A stretch of DNA of 62,727 nt, counting the filler, from Choristocarpus tenellus KU-1152 (Eukaryota > Protista > Phaeophyceae): the NCBI GenBank assembly GCA_964200185.2. It is 7 parts of 7 records of this genome, joined end to end, with 100 filler letters (N's around TTAATTAATTAA, not from the genome) between each part and the next. Parts side by side here need not be neighbours in the genome. Positions count along the whole stretch, not along the records: positions 1 to 3,118 come from CAXNAD020022195.1; positions 3,219 to 25,926 come from CAXNAD020000280.1; 5 more parts are not named here. One strand, given 5' to 3'. This document shows, piece by piece, positions 1 through 12,200 of the stretch (the stretch's first letter is position 1; the number at the start of each line of letters is the position of its first letter). The notes under the pieces are model-generated. The model was not told the DNA's origin, searched no databases, and saw only the letters and a list, made by a program, of their open reading frames with translations. The position numbers and the translations under genes were made by a program.

Positions 1-93
1 GTCGCACGTGTCGGATTTGAAATGTCACCAAAAAAAAGAGTTGTTTGACCGAAACGGACGCCCCCTCACAACCCCCCCCAGATACTTTGACCC
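1..93. mobile_element. MITE right end (poly-C/G, family B-like), truncated by window start
   Basis: Ends CCCCCCCAGATACTTTGACCC, matching the terminal repeat of other poly-G MITE copies in the window; interrupts the retroelement frame right after ...EFRLTAGR. Confidence 0.7.
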
Positions 94-1372
94 TCTACCG
101 GCGGTAAGTCTAAACTCTATGGGAGGGATCTGGTGTGCTGGTCCCAGGGGTTCCACGAAGACCCATGCATTTGCCCCTTGTCCACACTGGTTCCGGTGGC
201 GGGCCAGGGCTAGCAAAGAACTTTACTTTCCCTCCCTTGTTCTGCATCCTCTAGTAGGTTGGCCAATTGCGCCTGGAAAAGAGTAAAACCGGATCCTGTT
301 CAGGAGGAGGGTAATCTTGTGTTGTGCCCTCCTTGTGATCCTGCCATCATGGACTGCCAGAGTGTGGACCTCTGGGGCAGGTGTGGAGGTTGTTGTTCCC
401 CCCCAGGCTACCCAGCCTTGGCCAATAATTTCCGCCAAGTCTTCTGAAAGGGCTCTTGTAGAAAGAAGGGTGTGGATAGATGATCCCAGGGTCCTAACTG
501 TGGGGCACATACCCATGGCTTGTGAGAAAAGTTCTATATGAGACCCTTGTTACCTTGCTAAGAGAGTGGGGAGAGTAGCCACCAGTGATCCTACGAAGGC
601 AGCATGCTGACAATGCTTCACAGGGGACAGGCCTAACCCCCCCCCAAACTTGTGGGCATCTGTGCCTGTACTTGTTGGTATGTCTCCAGGCGAAGAGGCT
701 CATTTTCACACACCCCTTCGAATAAGTTAGTGGCTTCCGCTGAGTCTGCTACCTCCATGATCTTCTCCAGCGCCCATAGTGAGGTATTGTCTGCTTATTC
801 CATGATGGAACGTGCCAGGTTGGGGGTAGTGACCCTAGTCAAATAACCCAAATGGGAAGAGAGACACCAGGAGTTGAGAAGTCAGGCAACTTATTTGTCC
901 TCCATCTCACCCCGGTTTGTGGCCAGCATCCGTGACCCAGAGTTCTCGATCACCTAGGCCATGTGGGCTTGGATCTATCCATCTGTTCCCACTGGATCCC
1001 CTAGTGTAACAAAACCATTTTGGGTCCAGGGCCAGGTCGATTCACAATTGTGGCCAGAAGTTCCAGTTTTGAGGGCGGGGGCTAGTGGCCCTGGGGAGGT
1101 GCATCAAAGGTCCTGTCCATATGGAGGGCAATGTCTACCTCATATAGATCAGTTCTTAGCTGCTCAAAAGCAGCAGTTCTTGTGGAGCATTTAATCTCCC
1201 TCGCAGAAATGTATGTGTCATCTGAGGATTTCAGAAGGAGATTCCCTAGGGTCCAAAGGTAGACTGGACTCGCTGTAGGGCTTTGGTGGTGACCATGCAA
1301 TATAAGAGGAGGCCAAGGGGGTCCCCTCGTTGTGGGTCGGACCTTGATGGCATGATCTTCATCCCTCCCTCA

Positions 1373-1633
1373 GAGCCAAAGTACCTTAGAGGGTATAGCC
1401 CCGTCCATTTGGGGGCCAAAATCCAATGTTGTATTTTTTAATGTAATTTTGGCTATCCTGTTTGTTAGGAAGTGTCAATATCCTTGTTCCGGACACACCT
1501 TTTCATAACATATACATTTTACCTACTCCAAAATTGTTTTGGAGTAAATAAAATGTCATTAAAAACCCGTGGGAAGCCAAGCCCCAAATGGACAAACAGG
1601 GAAAAACTCGTACCCTCTAAGATACATTCACTC
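1373..1633. mobile_element. MITE family A (~260 bp), TSD TCA
   Basis: TIRs GAGCCAAAGTACCTTAGAGGGTA ... TACCCTCTAAGATACATTCACTC; TCA at 1370-1372 and 1634-1636; removal restores the RT frame. Confidence 0.9.
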
Positions 1634-1749
1634 TCATCCAGAGGGAAAAGAAGAGCACGAGTGCCCCCATACACCTTGGATACATAGGGTAGGAGTCCCG
1701 GTAGAGTCCCAGGGAGAGCATTAATGAAGGCTGAGCGGCATACACTGTT

Positions 1750-2241
1750 ACAGGCGAATAGCGCGAGCATTTATTTCTGCGTGCCAAAATGCGCGAACAG
1801 TATACATATGTAAGAATTCATGTAGGAGGAACTTTGGATTGATAGAAGATGAAGAGTAAGATTTGAAATGCAAACATAATCTTACAGAATAGATGTCAAA
1901 TCCTGAAAGTTGCAGAATAAAGATTTATGATTGAAGTATCAACTTAGTTTGCAGACTTCATTTACCTCTTTGGCAGTAGAAAAATAGTGAATGATGTTAA
2001 TAAAAGGCTGATGCGGATCACCACACCCTCAGTTCTTTTGATATTTACCTCTTTTGATAAAGCGAAAAGCGAGACATGGACTGAGCTAAACATCAACTGA
2101 CACCGTACGTGGTTATCATCTGTGTATCCTCGCGTAGCGTCGTTTTAAGGTCGTTGGATTTGAGTTGTATATCCTGTGGAGGTGAGTTCTGAGGGGCACA
2201 CTGTAACATGGAGGTCCTACCGAGACTTCCACCTAGTAAAA
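1750..2241. mobile_element. Unclassified 492-bp insertion with 8-bp target-site duplication
   Basis: ACACTGTT at 1742-1749 and 2242-2249; removal joins RT frame NTFNSV-CRSAF. Confidence 0.7.
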
Positions 2242-3118
2242 ACACTGTTGAAGGTGTTTCTTCCATCTGGACTAATGACCCATTTGCCACACTTGTTCTT
2301 ACACGAAATTCCAGTAGGGCACGCTCCACCCTGTTTGAGACACCTACGCTGAATTGCCCCGTTCCACCGAAATGTCCTTCCAGGTAGGAGTACCAGTCCG
2401 CACAGAAGGCTGGAGCACATGCCCTTCTGAAGAAAGAACCACAAGTGGTCAGGTGGCACTTCTCTCCAATTGTGGATAGTCTGGGTGTTGTTTGGGGCGT
2501 CCAAAACTTCGGAGGTAAAGAGTCTGGGGAAGTGTAGGCTAGTTCCCAAAGCTTCGCAAACACCTCTGCCACTTCTTCATGGCCATCATCTGTCATGATG
2601 GTTGATCGGATATGGCTGGGGCGCATCCCGTTGGGGCCTGGAGCGGAGTTGCTGTTCGCCCTCATGAAGGCTGTCCTCAAGGAGGTGGGGGTGTACTCCC
2701 CCTCAGGGGGGCAGTACCATTGTTCCCCAGAGCTTGCATCCCTTTGTACCCTATCCTTTGCTTCCATTACAGCCTGCTTAAGCTCGTATGGGTTCTCATT
2801 GGGGTGCTTGGGGACCAGTACCCTGAAAGTCATTCTGTCCCTGGGGCTCTGGACTGTGATGAGAGAACACTCGCCCCATTGGAGATACCTCCCTAGTGGA
2901 CTTGGTGAAGGGCAGAAGCAACGCTTGGGGTATAAACGCCTCATAGCAAACGTGAACGTGGGGGCAGATGCCTAGATTTTCTGGAGGGGGGAGGCGGGGG
3001 TGGTAGTGGTGGTGATGGGGTTGAAGGTATGTGTATGGGAGGAAGGGGTGGAGAGGAGGGTGGGGGGGGTTGGGGTGTGGGGGAAAGGGGTGGATTAGCC
3101 TGTGGGGGACAGTGGGGG

Positions 3119-3218
3119 NNNNNNNNNNNNNNNNNNNNNNNNNNNNNNNNNNNNNNNNNNNNTTAATTAATTAANNNNNNNNNNNNNNNNNNNNNNNNNN
3201 NNNNNNNNNNNNNNNNNN
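3119..3218. other. Artificial contig linker N44-TTAATTAATTAA-N44
   Basis: Identical 100-bp construct with six-frame stops, seen six times in the window. Confidence 0.97.
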
Positions 3219-3243
3219 TGCCCCCCCCAAGCCCCCCACACAC

Positions 3244-6200
3244 CTGTTTTCCTTCATCCCCCAGTGACAGTGCCTCTTCGGTTCCTTGCAGCGTCCCCTC
3301 CACCCTATTCCAAGAGCCTCCCATTTCCTTGGGTGTTCTCTTGCACTCTATCAGCTTTCCCCCTCCTTCCCTCATCTCATCCATCTCCTCTGGCCACTTG
3401 ACCTCAGCATTGTCCCATAGCTTCTCGGCCTCAAAAACTCTCTTTGTCTGACCCCCTCCCAGCTCAACCTTTACAGCATGACCATGGGCAGCATCTGTAC
3501 CTCCCTGTAGGCTCGCCACATGCTCTTCCAAAGTCACCTCCCTCAACCCTGCTGCATGCAACTTTGTGCGCAAATAATTAGCCTCTTCTTCAGCTACTGC
3601 CACTGTTGCACGTAGTGCCTCACCCTGTTCCCTGAGCAACTTTATCTCGTCGAGGAGGGGCGCAAGTCTTGCCCTCTCCCTGGCCAACTCCTCCTCATGG
3701 ACAGCGCCAGCCTCTTCTGCAGCCTTTTCCAGAGCCTGTTCTGCTCTATCCAGTGCAGCGACTGCCACTTCCCGTGCTCGGTCAGCATCAACCCTCGAAG
3801 CATTTGCAGACAAAGACGACTCCTTATACTGTTGAGCAAGCTCCTGTGTTTGCATATGAGAAACCCTGAGCTCATTCAGCTCACGTCTTACATCCTCCAT
3901 CTCTGCCCCAGTGGCCTGTTCCACCAATATCAGTCTCTCTTCAGCCTCCTCTCTCTTGTTCTTGGCGACAGCAACGGTGCGGCAGAGCTCTACCTCTCGC
4001 CCCCTTGTTGCTGAGAGTTCTCCAGTGAGATGATCGTTTTCCTCTGCATGCTCTAGTCTCACTCTGGTGAGGCAAGAGTTGACCTCAGCCCTGCCCTTGT
4101 GAGCCTCTGCATTATCTCGGCGAAGCTCTCCTTCCCTTGATCTTGTTGAGTCAATCTCCTTGCTTAGTTGTGCAATCTTGGTCTGCAGTCCTGCTGTCAC
4201 CAGCTTAGCCTTGGCCTCTGCAACATCAGTTGCCTTCTTAAGCTCCATCTTCTCTTCAGATATCCTTCGCACCATTTCTTCTGCTGTTGCCCTTGAATCC
4301 GTGAGCTGTACCTGGAGCTCACCCTCACGAGCCAATGCAGCTGCCAGGATAGATGAGGTTCTTTCCAACCTAGCCCTTGTGCTCTCAAGCTCAGACTCGA
4401 GATGGGTGACCTGAGTTGATGATGATGTAACCATTGTCTCAAGTTCCAAGGACCTAGCGGATGCCTGGGTGAGTTCTGACTCAACCAGTACGATCTGTGC
4501 CTTGTTTGCAGCACACTTGGACTCTGCACTCTGTTTTGCCTTTTCCAACAGTGTCAGCTGGGCACCAAGATCCTCTGTGCTGGTGTTGACCTCACGCAAT
4601 TGACGCTCCACTGTTACCAGTTGGTCACTCAGCCGGTCCTCTGTGTCCCTGGCCACTCTCTTTGCACGAGACAATTCAGTCTCAAGGTCCTTCAGGCGAC
4701 TTGTAGTCACAGAGAGGTCAGTCCTCATTTGCTCCACCTCAGTCTTTGCCAATGTGCAAGCAGTCCTAGCCGATATTGCACCTTCCCTCGCAGTGGCCAA
4801 TTCCGCTGTAAGGCCTTCAATCCTCTCCTCTGCCTTTGATAGGTCTGCATGCATTGCCTGCACCTGGCCATGCAGCTGGCCACGTAAGGTAATAGCCTCA
4901 GCCCTCGCCTCAGTCAACTCAACCTCCAGGGGGTCAATGCGGTCTAGAGATTTTGCAAGCCCAGAGTCAAGCTTTCCCGCTCTGGCTGATGCTGCCTCAA
5001 GCTCAGATACCAACTGGATCATCTGTGTGGCAGCAGAACATAGTTTGGAAGCTGCCACCCTATTCAATTCCACAGACACCAATGATTCTCCGTCAAGCTC
5101 TTTAGTATGGGCTTCACCCTCCAAAAGGTTTGCCTCGAGTGCTGCCAGTTGGCCATGTAGTCGGATCTCTATCCCCATTGTTGTGTCAGCCAGGTCTGAT
5201 TCCAAGTGACCGGCATGAGTGGAAGCTCCCTCTAGCTCAGACTTGAGGCGGCCTATGTCAGCCCTCATCAAGGTCAGCAAGGACTCTGTCAATGTGGCTG
5301 TTGCCTCCTTGGCTGCAGTGAGCTCTTCCCTCAGGCTGCTGGTTGTTGCTGTGGCATCAGAGAGGTCTGCCTCAGTTGCCACCAGGTGACCCTGCAGCTC
5401 TTCCTCAGAGGCCTTTGCTCTGTCCTTGGTGGCAACAAGCTCCAACTCCAGGCAGGTGACACAGGTTGAGACCTCTTTAAGCTCAGTTCTAATCTGCTCT
5501 GACTGGGACATAGATACAGTGAACTCAGCCTGTAAACGTTTCATCTCAGTCTCAGCCCTTGTCATTGCTGCCTGATGGGTTTCAGTCTTTTCCCTGTCTG
5601 CCGTTTGCAATGTGGTCAGCTGGGAAGAAATATTTCTTTTGTCAGAGAGTGCTGTAGAGAGCTCAGTCTCTAGCTCCTTTACACGTTTTGATAGTTGAAA
5701 CTCAATCTTCTCAGCATATGCCTTTGCGGCAGTCATTTCTCGTGCCAGGTCTTCGCCTTTCTCCAACTCCATTTTGAGCTCAGAGTCGAGCTGCTTTACC
5801 CTCTCCATGGCAAAAGTATTGTCAGACACCAATGCTGCCTTTGCCACTGCTGTTTCCTCCTCAAGCATGACAAGCTTGTTTTGAAGGTTAGCTCGGGTAA
5901 GAGCCTTTGATAGTTCTTTCCTTGCTCCCATCACGCTGATTTGCGATGCCTCCTCTGTAGTGCTAGCCTGAGACCTCCTCACATTGGCGAGCTCTGCCTC
6001 CATTTGAGATGATACACCCAACGCTGTAGCAAGCTCTGCTCGAGCTTGGTCTTCTTGTTCCTTAGCTGCCGCACAGGATGCCTCAGCTATGCGAGTTGCA
6101 TCCCTTGCTATAGTCAACTCACCTGCCACAGACCTGACTTGGGCCTGAGATGCTAACAGTTCAGCCTCAACCTCAACAAGGCGTTCTTGGAGTCGGTTCT

Positions 6201-9200
6201 CTGAAGACATAGCCAAAGGTGTGCTGTCAGCTATCTCTGAATTCAGATGATCAATGTGGGATGAGGGTGCTTCAAGATCAGACTTAACCAAGGTGAGCTC
6301 AGAATCTCCAGCTCTTTCCACCATGGCATCAGCAGTCTCCTTTGTAGTCGGAGTGCCAATATCTCTTGGCCTCTCCCTTCCTACAGCATCTGATTGTGCT
6401 CTCAGCCCTGTTCCTGCTACCACTGCTGAGCTCACAGAGACTACCCTCGACAGATCAGCCTCAGCCTTCTCTGCCCTTGCAATTGCCAATTTGCACTTCT
6501 TCTGGAGCTCTGCATGAGCAACCCCCATTCGTTTAGACCCAGTCTCTGCCCACAGTCGAACGGCAGCCACATCTGCCTCTGCTGTCTCCATTCTCACCCG
6601 ACTTGCACTTAGCTTTTTTGCCATATCACCCGCTTCAGCCCTTGCCATGGCCAGCTGCACCACCCCTGCAGCAGCTCTATCCTCAGCTTCAGAGACCTGG
6701 CGTTGCAGATCAGTTATATCTTGCTCTAGCTTCTGGGAAGCTTCCTGTGCAGCAGTCAACTCTGCTATCACCCGCTCTGTCTCAGCTCGGGCAGATATCA
6801 GTTCCTTCTCAGCAACCTCATGTCTCGATTTGGTCTCATCTAGTCTGTCATGCAGTCCTTGCCCCAGCATTGTCCTTGATTCCACTGATAATGCTGTTGA
6901 TACTGCCCCATCTTCTTGCTGAATGATGGCCAAACAGCTGTTCCTTCTTTTTTGCCCAATATGTCCCTGGCCAATAGCAGCATCACGTTCTGCACATGCT
7001 GCTCTCACTTCCGCACGGGCCACTGCCAGTGCCTGGGTCATAGCAGCTAGGTCTGCAGCAAAGCTTTCTTCTGAGGCCTTGAATAAGGGTGCAAGACCAT
7101 GATGGGAAGGGGTAGGGGAAAGGTTCAAAGGTGGGTTCAAGATGTGTCGGGCTCAAATCTAGAGCATGTATTGACGAATGGATCCAAGATAAGTTTCATA
7201 TGCTTCGAAATGTTGAGCCCTGCAAAGATGAAACGCAACACTTCTGTACCATGCTGCCAACTAGTTAGCATGTGCAAGGCGACCCTATCATAACATTTAG
7301 TCAGGAGTTGTGCATAGTTGATCAGATGTTACAGCCATTGCAACAGGAAGGGTGGAAAGGGGATCCATGGGGGCAGAGGTGCACCACATACTTGACGCAT
7401 CAGGCTCAAAGTATCTGGGGGGGTGGCGGCTGTCCATTTGGGGTCAATTTTTCCATGTCGCGAATTTTGGGTGATTTGGTTGCGCATACATCGGATGGAT
7501 AATGTAAATGCACTTTTTCTGATTTTGGTTCAAATAGACACCCTGGTGTAGACCCCCCCCATCCCCAGATACTTCGGGTCATCACCCTAACCTAACGATC
7601 AAATCAACTTCACATAGTGTCTGGACCAGAGAGAACGACATACAGGTTGGGGCTGGGGATGTATTGTTCACAAAGCCTAGTGACTGTGTGTATCTCACCT
7701 CATGAGTACATTCCTGACCTTCCACAGCATTCGATCCCTTGGATGAGTGTTTGGATAGGGACTTGCACATGAGCAGGAGTGGAGGAGGACAAGGAAAGGA
7801 AGGGCAGCATGGTATGTGTGCTCACTACTCAAATGACCATCCAGGGGGGACTACAGGATGCCAAGGTGCAGGTGGGGTGGGGTGAGAGCATTGCTGGTTT
7901 CCAACTCCTATCCCCAGCCTCATCATTTGGCAGGTTGGAAAACATTATTTCAGTTTTCTTGGGGCATAAAGTGCTATACATAGTAATGATTCTGCCTCAC
8001 CAGGAGAAGAGAGACAGAGGGATAGACCAAAGAGAAGACCTCAGTTCTTTTTAGCCGGGATTGGTAGAGTTGTCACTAATGTGAAAGAACACACTTGAGA
8101 AGAAGACAGCACAGGGCATAATCTGAGCCATCTACAGTAACTAGAACATTTATCCAGAATGACACACAGGAAGTAGGCAAGAAGCATGAAATAAGCTTTG
8201 ATTTCATTGGGGCTGGCCCTCAACATAAAAATAGTAGTGTGCCAACAGGGACAATGAATTCCTAATTCTGCAGGCAATGAGATGTAGTACCACACAACAA
8301 TTTTCAATTCTATTAAAAACTCAAAACACTGTAGACAGCACATCACGGTGTTAACATTCATTTATGGGACAGAAATATTGATTGCCACCGAAGCAATGGA
8401 TAGGTTGTTGGTGTTAGGCATCATTCTATTCGGAGGCCTCACTCCCCACCCCTACCCTTTCCCATTTTGATCAACACCTCAATAGACTCCCTTGGATTGG
8501 ATAGAAAACATCTGGAACAAATTAGGACGAAATCCGTACCACAAAACACACTCCCCTGCTGCTCACCCTGACTCTGACCTGCAGGCGAAGCTTTTCTGCT
8601 CCCACCTCTTCCACCTCGGCCGCAGACTCTGCCAGTCTTCGTGACAGGCTAGCTCGGTCCCGCACTCCATCTGACAGGCGTGTCTTTGCATCTTCCAGGC
8701 ACCCCTCTAGGTGAAAGCGCTTCTCCTGTTTGCAATTGGCAGTGACATCAAACTTGAAATTGAGAATGATTTGTGGATTCCATTGGATATACCATTCCAT
8801 GATAGTGACAAGGACAGGAATGAGGAAGGAGGGAGAGGTTGGGAGAGTGTCACCCGCAGCACAGGCCACAGGTGCAGTGTGGTATGCGATCAAAAAGGGC
8901 CGATAAGGACATCGTGACTGGGAGGAAGGTGTGCACCTGCCTTTTGAATTGGGGTATACAATAAGACTAACATTTGGCTCCAGGACAAGGAGCTCCTCTC
9001 CTCTGGAAATGAGTGGTCTCTACCACAAGAAGGAAAATTTAAACATAGAAGGAGCAGGGGTATCTCCCCAAAAGCATAGAAGGGCAAAGATTACTTGTAG
9101 CTGGGATCAGTACATCAACCCTTTGTACCATGAACTCAAGGGCTTCAACTTTCTGGGGCAGAGGATTACACACTAGAAGGACTAGTGACAGAGGAATGTT

Positions 9201-12200
9201 GGGGAGGCATCAAAAAGAGCCTCAAGCTAACTAGATAAAAACCCTTCTCTCACCCTCAATCTCAACTTTAAACACATTTCTACACTACCATGTTCAGGGG
9301 TCAACCACACATCATATATTATATATTCCCCATATCCCCACCCCATGTGAATCTATGCACTACAGTTTATTCAACTCATACAAAGCACTCACAGCTGTTC
9401 CACTCCAAATAGTGATGTCAACAACTATAGTTATAGGTGGGGAGAGGGGATTATCTCTTTCTTGATGTCGAGTACTAATCATCAGTCTACAGTACCTCAA
9501 GCTCCCGAATATGTTCGTGTGCCTCAGCAAGTTGCACTGCACTCTTTACTGATGCTTGAACCCCCTCCTCTGCCTCGCTGAGCCGAGCTTCCATGCTGGC
9601 ATTGCTGCTTAACGCCTTTCACAGGAGGCCCATTGGCCAAAGGTGCGAGGATGCCAGAGGGATAGGGGGGAAGCTTAGGACTGTGATGCAAATACTATTG
9701 TCCTTGCTTGTGATGTGGAACAAGGTGTTTACAATGCGGTGGAAGGGAAAAGGTGCATGAGGTATAGCAGAGACAGGGCAGAGGCAGTAGAGCGGCTTCA
9801 TGTTGCACATTTGTTGTGCTGCAATTAGGTTCTAATTCTTAAAATAAGTCTTCGATACACACACATACACATACATATGGCAACACAAACAAATGAAGTC
9901 ATGGTCCATGCGCAAATACTTTGCATTGAGCATACGCAGCACATGGCCTTGCAGCCTCATCCGCTCCCCCTCCTCACCTGACTAGAGTCACAAACACATG
10001 TGGCGGCCTCATCTTCATCCCAACCACAACATATTTCAGTCCTCCAATCATCGAATGTGATGGGAAGACAACAAAAGGTCTATAGCTATCTACATGCCTG
10101 GATAAACATGATGGGAAAGGATGGATACGGTGCGTATGTACCCCCCTCGTTCACTTCCATGGAGGCTTCAGTCCAACAAGAGACAGCTATGGAAGTTAAC
10201 GACTCCCACCCTATCAAACACCAAAGGCTTCTATTGTACCGTAAATGTATTGGAAAGACTTGACCCCAAATCCCGGAACGGCAACGTCAAGGTACATTGT
10301 CCTTATATTTGATCATGGGTGAGTGGATTCCAGGTGTGCTATGTATTCTAGACTTTGAAGTATAACCAGGCATGCCTTAAGATAGCAGGTATGTTCGATA
10401 CTGTACGAGCCAGCAAAAACCTGGTGCCCATTTCACACTTCACCCTCATCACACAGGCAAAGATATAAAATCACATTTCCACAAGAGACCCCACAGGATA
10501 ATGACGGGTCAGGAATAAAGATGGATGCGTCACAAGCACGTGAAGTACAGAACCATTCGGGTGCAGAGTGTATGCGCATTTTTAACAGTCAGGTCTTGCA
10601 AACGCATGGATGGTAGGGAGTAGCATATGAACAAAAGTCATGTTTAAAGCACAGTAGCAGATACTCATTGAATGATGAGCACAGCTATGTTAAAAATCAA
10701 GACACCTGGTCCAGTAATGCTTGCAACCTCTTGTTCTCTCCCCTCAATACCTCGGCTGCATCCACCCCTTCAATCAGACTTGCCTCCCTAACTTCAAGGT
10801 CCATAATGCGCTGCAACCACAAGCAAAACATACAACAGGAGACCCGCCATGGCATGTATGGATGGGTATGGGTGGTGTGAGGGGTGCAAAAGGTGCTGGT
10901 GGCACAAAAAGGACAAGAAGGCTAGAGGTGAGTTGTGTATTGTATTCTCTGGCAAGGAGAAGTAGGGTGGGCAATGGACAAGACTGTCCCACCATCAGAC
11001 CTCCTTGCTGGGAGCTTGTTCACTAGCCCAGTTGGGTACCATGGGGAGATAAATGTTCAGGCTCGACAGGAGTTACCAAGTAGGCAAATGTGGAAACAGA
11101 TGGTGGTGTCACTGAGCAAGAAAAATCAATAGCTGAGTTCTATGAACACCCTAAACTCTACAGAGTACAACTGTGCTACTGTCCAGCAAGAAGATCACCT
11201 CCACCCTGAACTAATCAACCCAAGCACACTTCAAACTCCTTGGTCTGGCATTGCACAGCTCTTTTTCCCCATTGCAACTATCAACTTCCAACATCTGTAC
11301 TTTCTATTCCCCCTTCCATTTGACTACACACCACATACACCAAACCTTCCCAGTCTCTCTCCCTCTCACACTCACTCCCAGTTTCATACCCTCTCACCCC
11401 CAAAACTCTTCATGGGTCAACCCCTCAGTTCACCCCAACACCCCCTGTTCTCACCAAGAATCTCTTATCTACACATGTACACACAAAAACAAACACCACA
11501 CTTCAGAGTACGAGATGCGCTTTACAAAAATGCATCACCTGGCGCATCTCCCTACACTCTTGTTGACTCCTCTGCAGCTCCTTGGCAACCCTTGTGCCCC
11601 TTTCTATCAGCTGCTGCACCTCTGTATGAGCTGACATCCCTCTCAACCTCTCCTCTTCCAGTACCTTGCCCTGCTCTGAGAGCAAGCTCTCTGTAGCAGA
11701 GAGCTTGGCAGCAGCTGAACGGCCCTGGGTCAATTCAGTATCTAATGCATCCCGTACTGAATCCTGTGCAGCAGCTACAGCACGCGAAAGTCCTTCATGG
11801 AAATCCTGTGCTGCTTGGTCACGGAGGAGACTTGACTCAGAAAGAGCCTCCTTGAGATGAGTAGTGAACGCCTCCTCATTTTCCTATTTTTGGGTGCACA
11901 CAGGTGTAAGACAAGAGAATGAATGATTCATAGGCTTGCCAGGTGGTAGGTTGGGAAGAATATTGCAATGCAGGCCCAGTTGGACAGGAAGATTAGGGAT
12001 AAGGACCACGGAGTTCAGTTTGGAGCATTTTTACAGGATGATGGGAAGACCTAGTGACATTTCCACAGTGGGAAGGGGGAAATAGAGAGTGGAAGAAGGA
12101 CAAGTACCATAGCTCTCCAGCATGGGATACAGTGAATACTTATATTCATCCTGTAACATGGGTGGATAAGGAGCTAACTGACCTACCAGTTACAAAGAAT

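Larger units (their letters stand above)
94..2950 (-). pseudogene. Degenerate CRE-like (early-branching) non-LTR retrotransposon, reverse transcriptase region
   Basis: Minus-strand motifs in the expected order: SAPGPNGMRPSHI, GQFSVGVS, SPDGRNTFNSVCR, LLPYVSKVYG, PQRGDPLG (QQGDPLG), KSSDDTYI (decayed YLDD), GFVTLGDPVGT, HLGYLTR, MPTSLGGLGL, GANAWVFVEP, EFR. Frameshifts, stops and insertions present. Confidence 0.8.

Noticed and set aside
3163-3174. Palindromic TTAATTAATTAA repeated six times
   Set aside because: Always centred in 44+44 Ns: an assembly linker with six-frame stops, not biology.
3642-6926. Many short overlapping or antisense ORFs inside the coiled-coil exon (likewise 18464-19365)
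   Set aside because: Shadow ORFs of the real coding frame.
10080-10420. Possible decayed retroelement fragment in an intron
   Set aside because: Only vague resemblance; no diagnostic motif identified.
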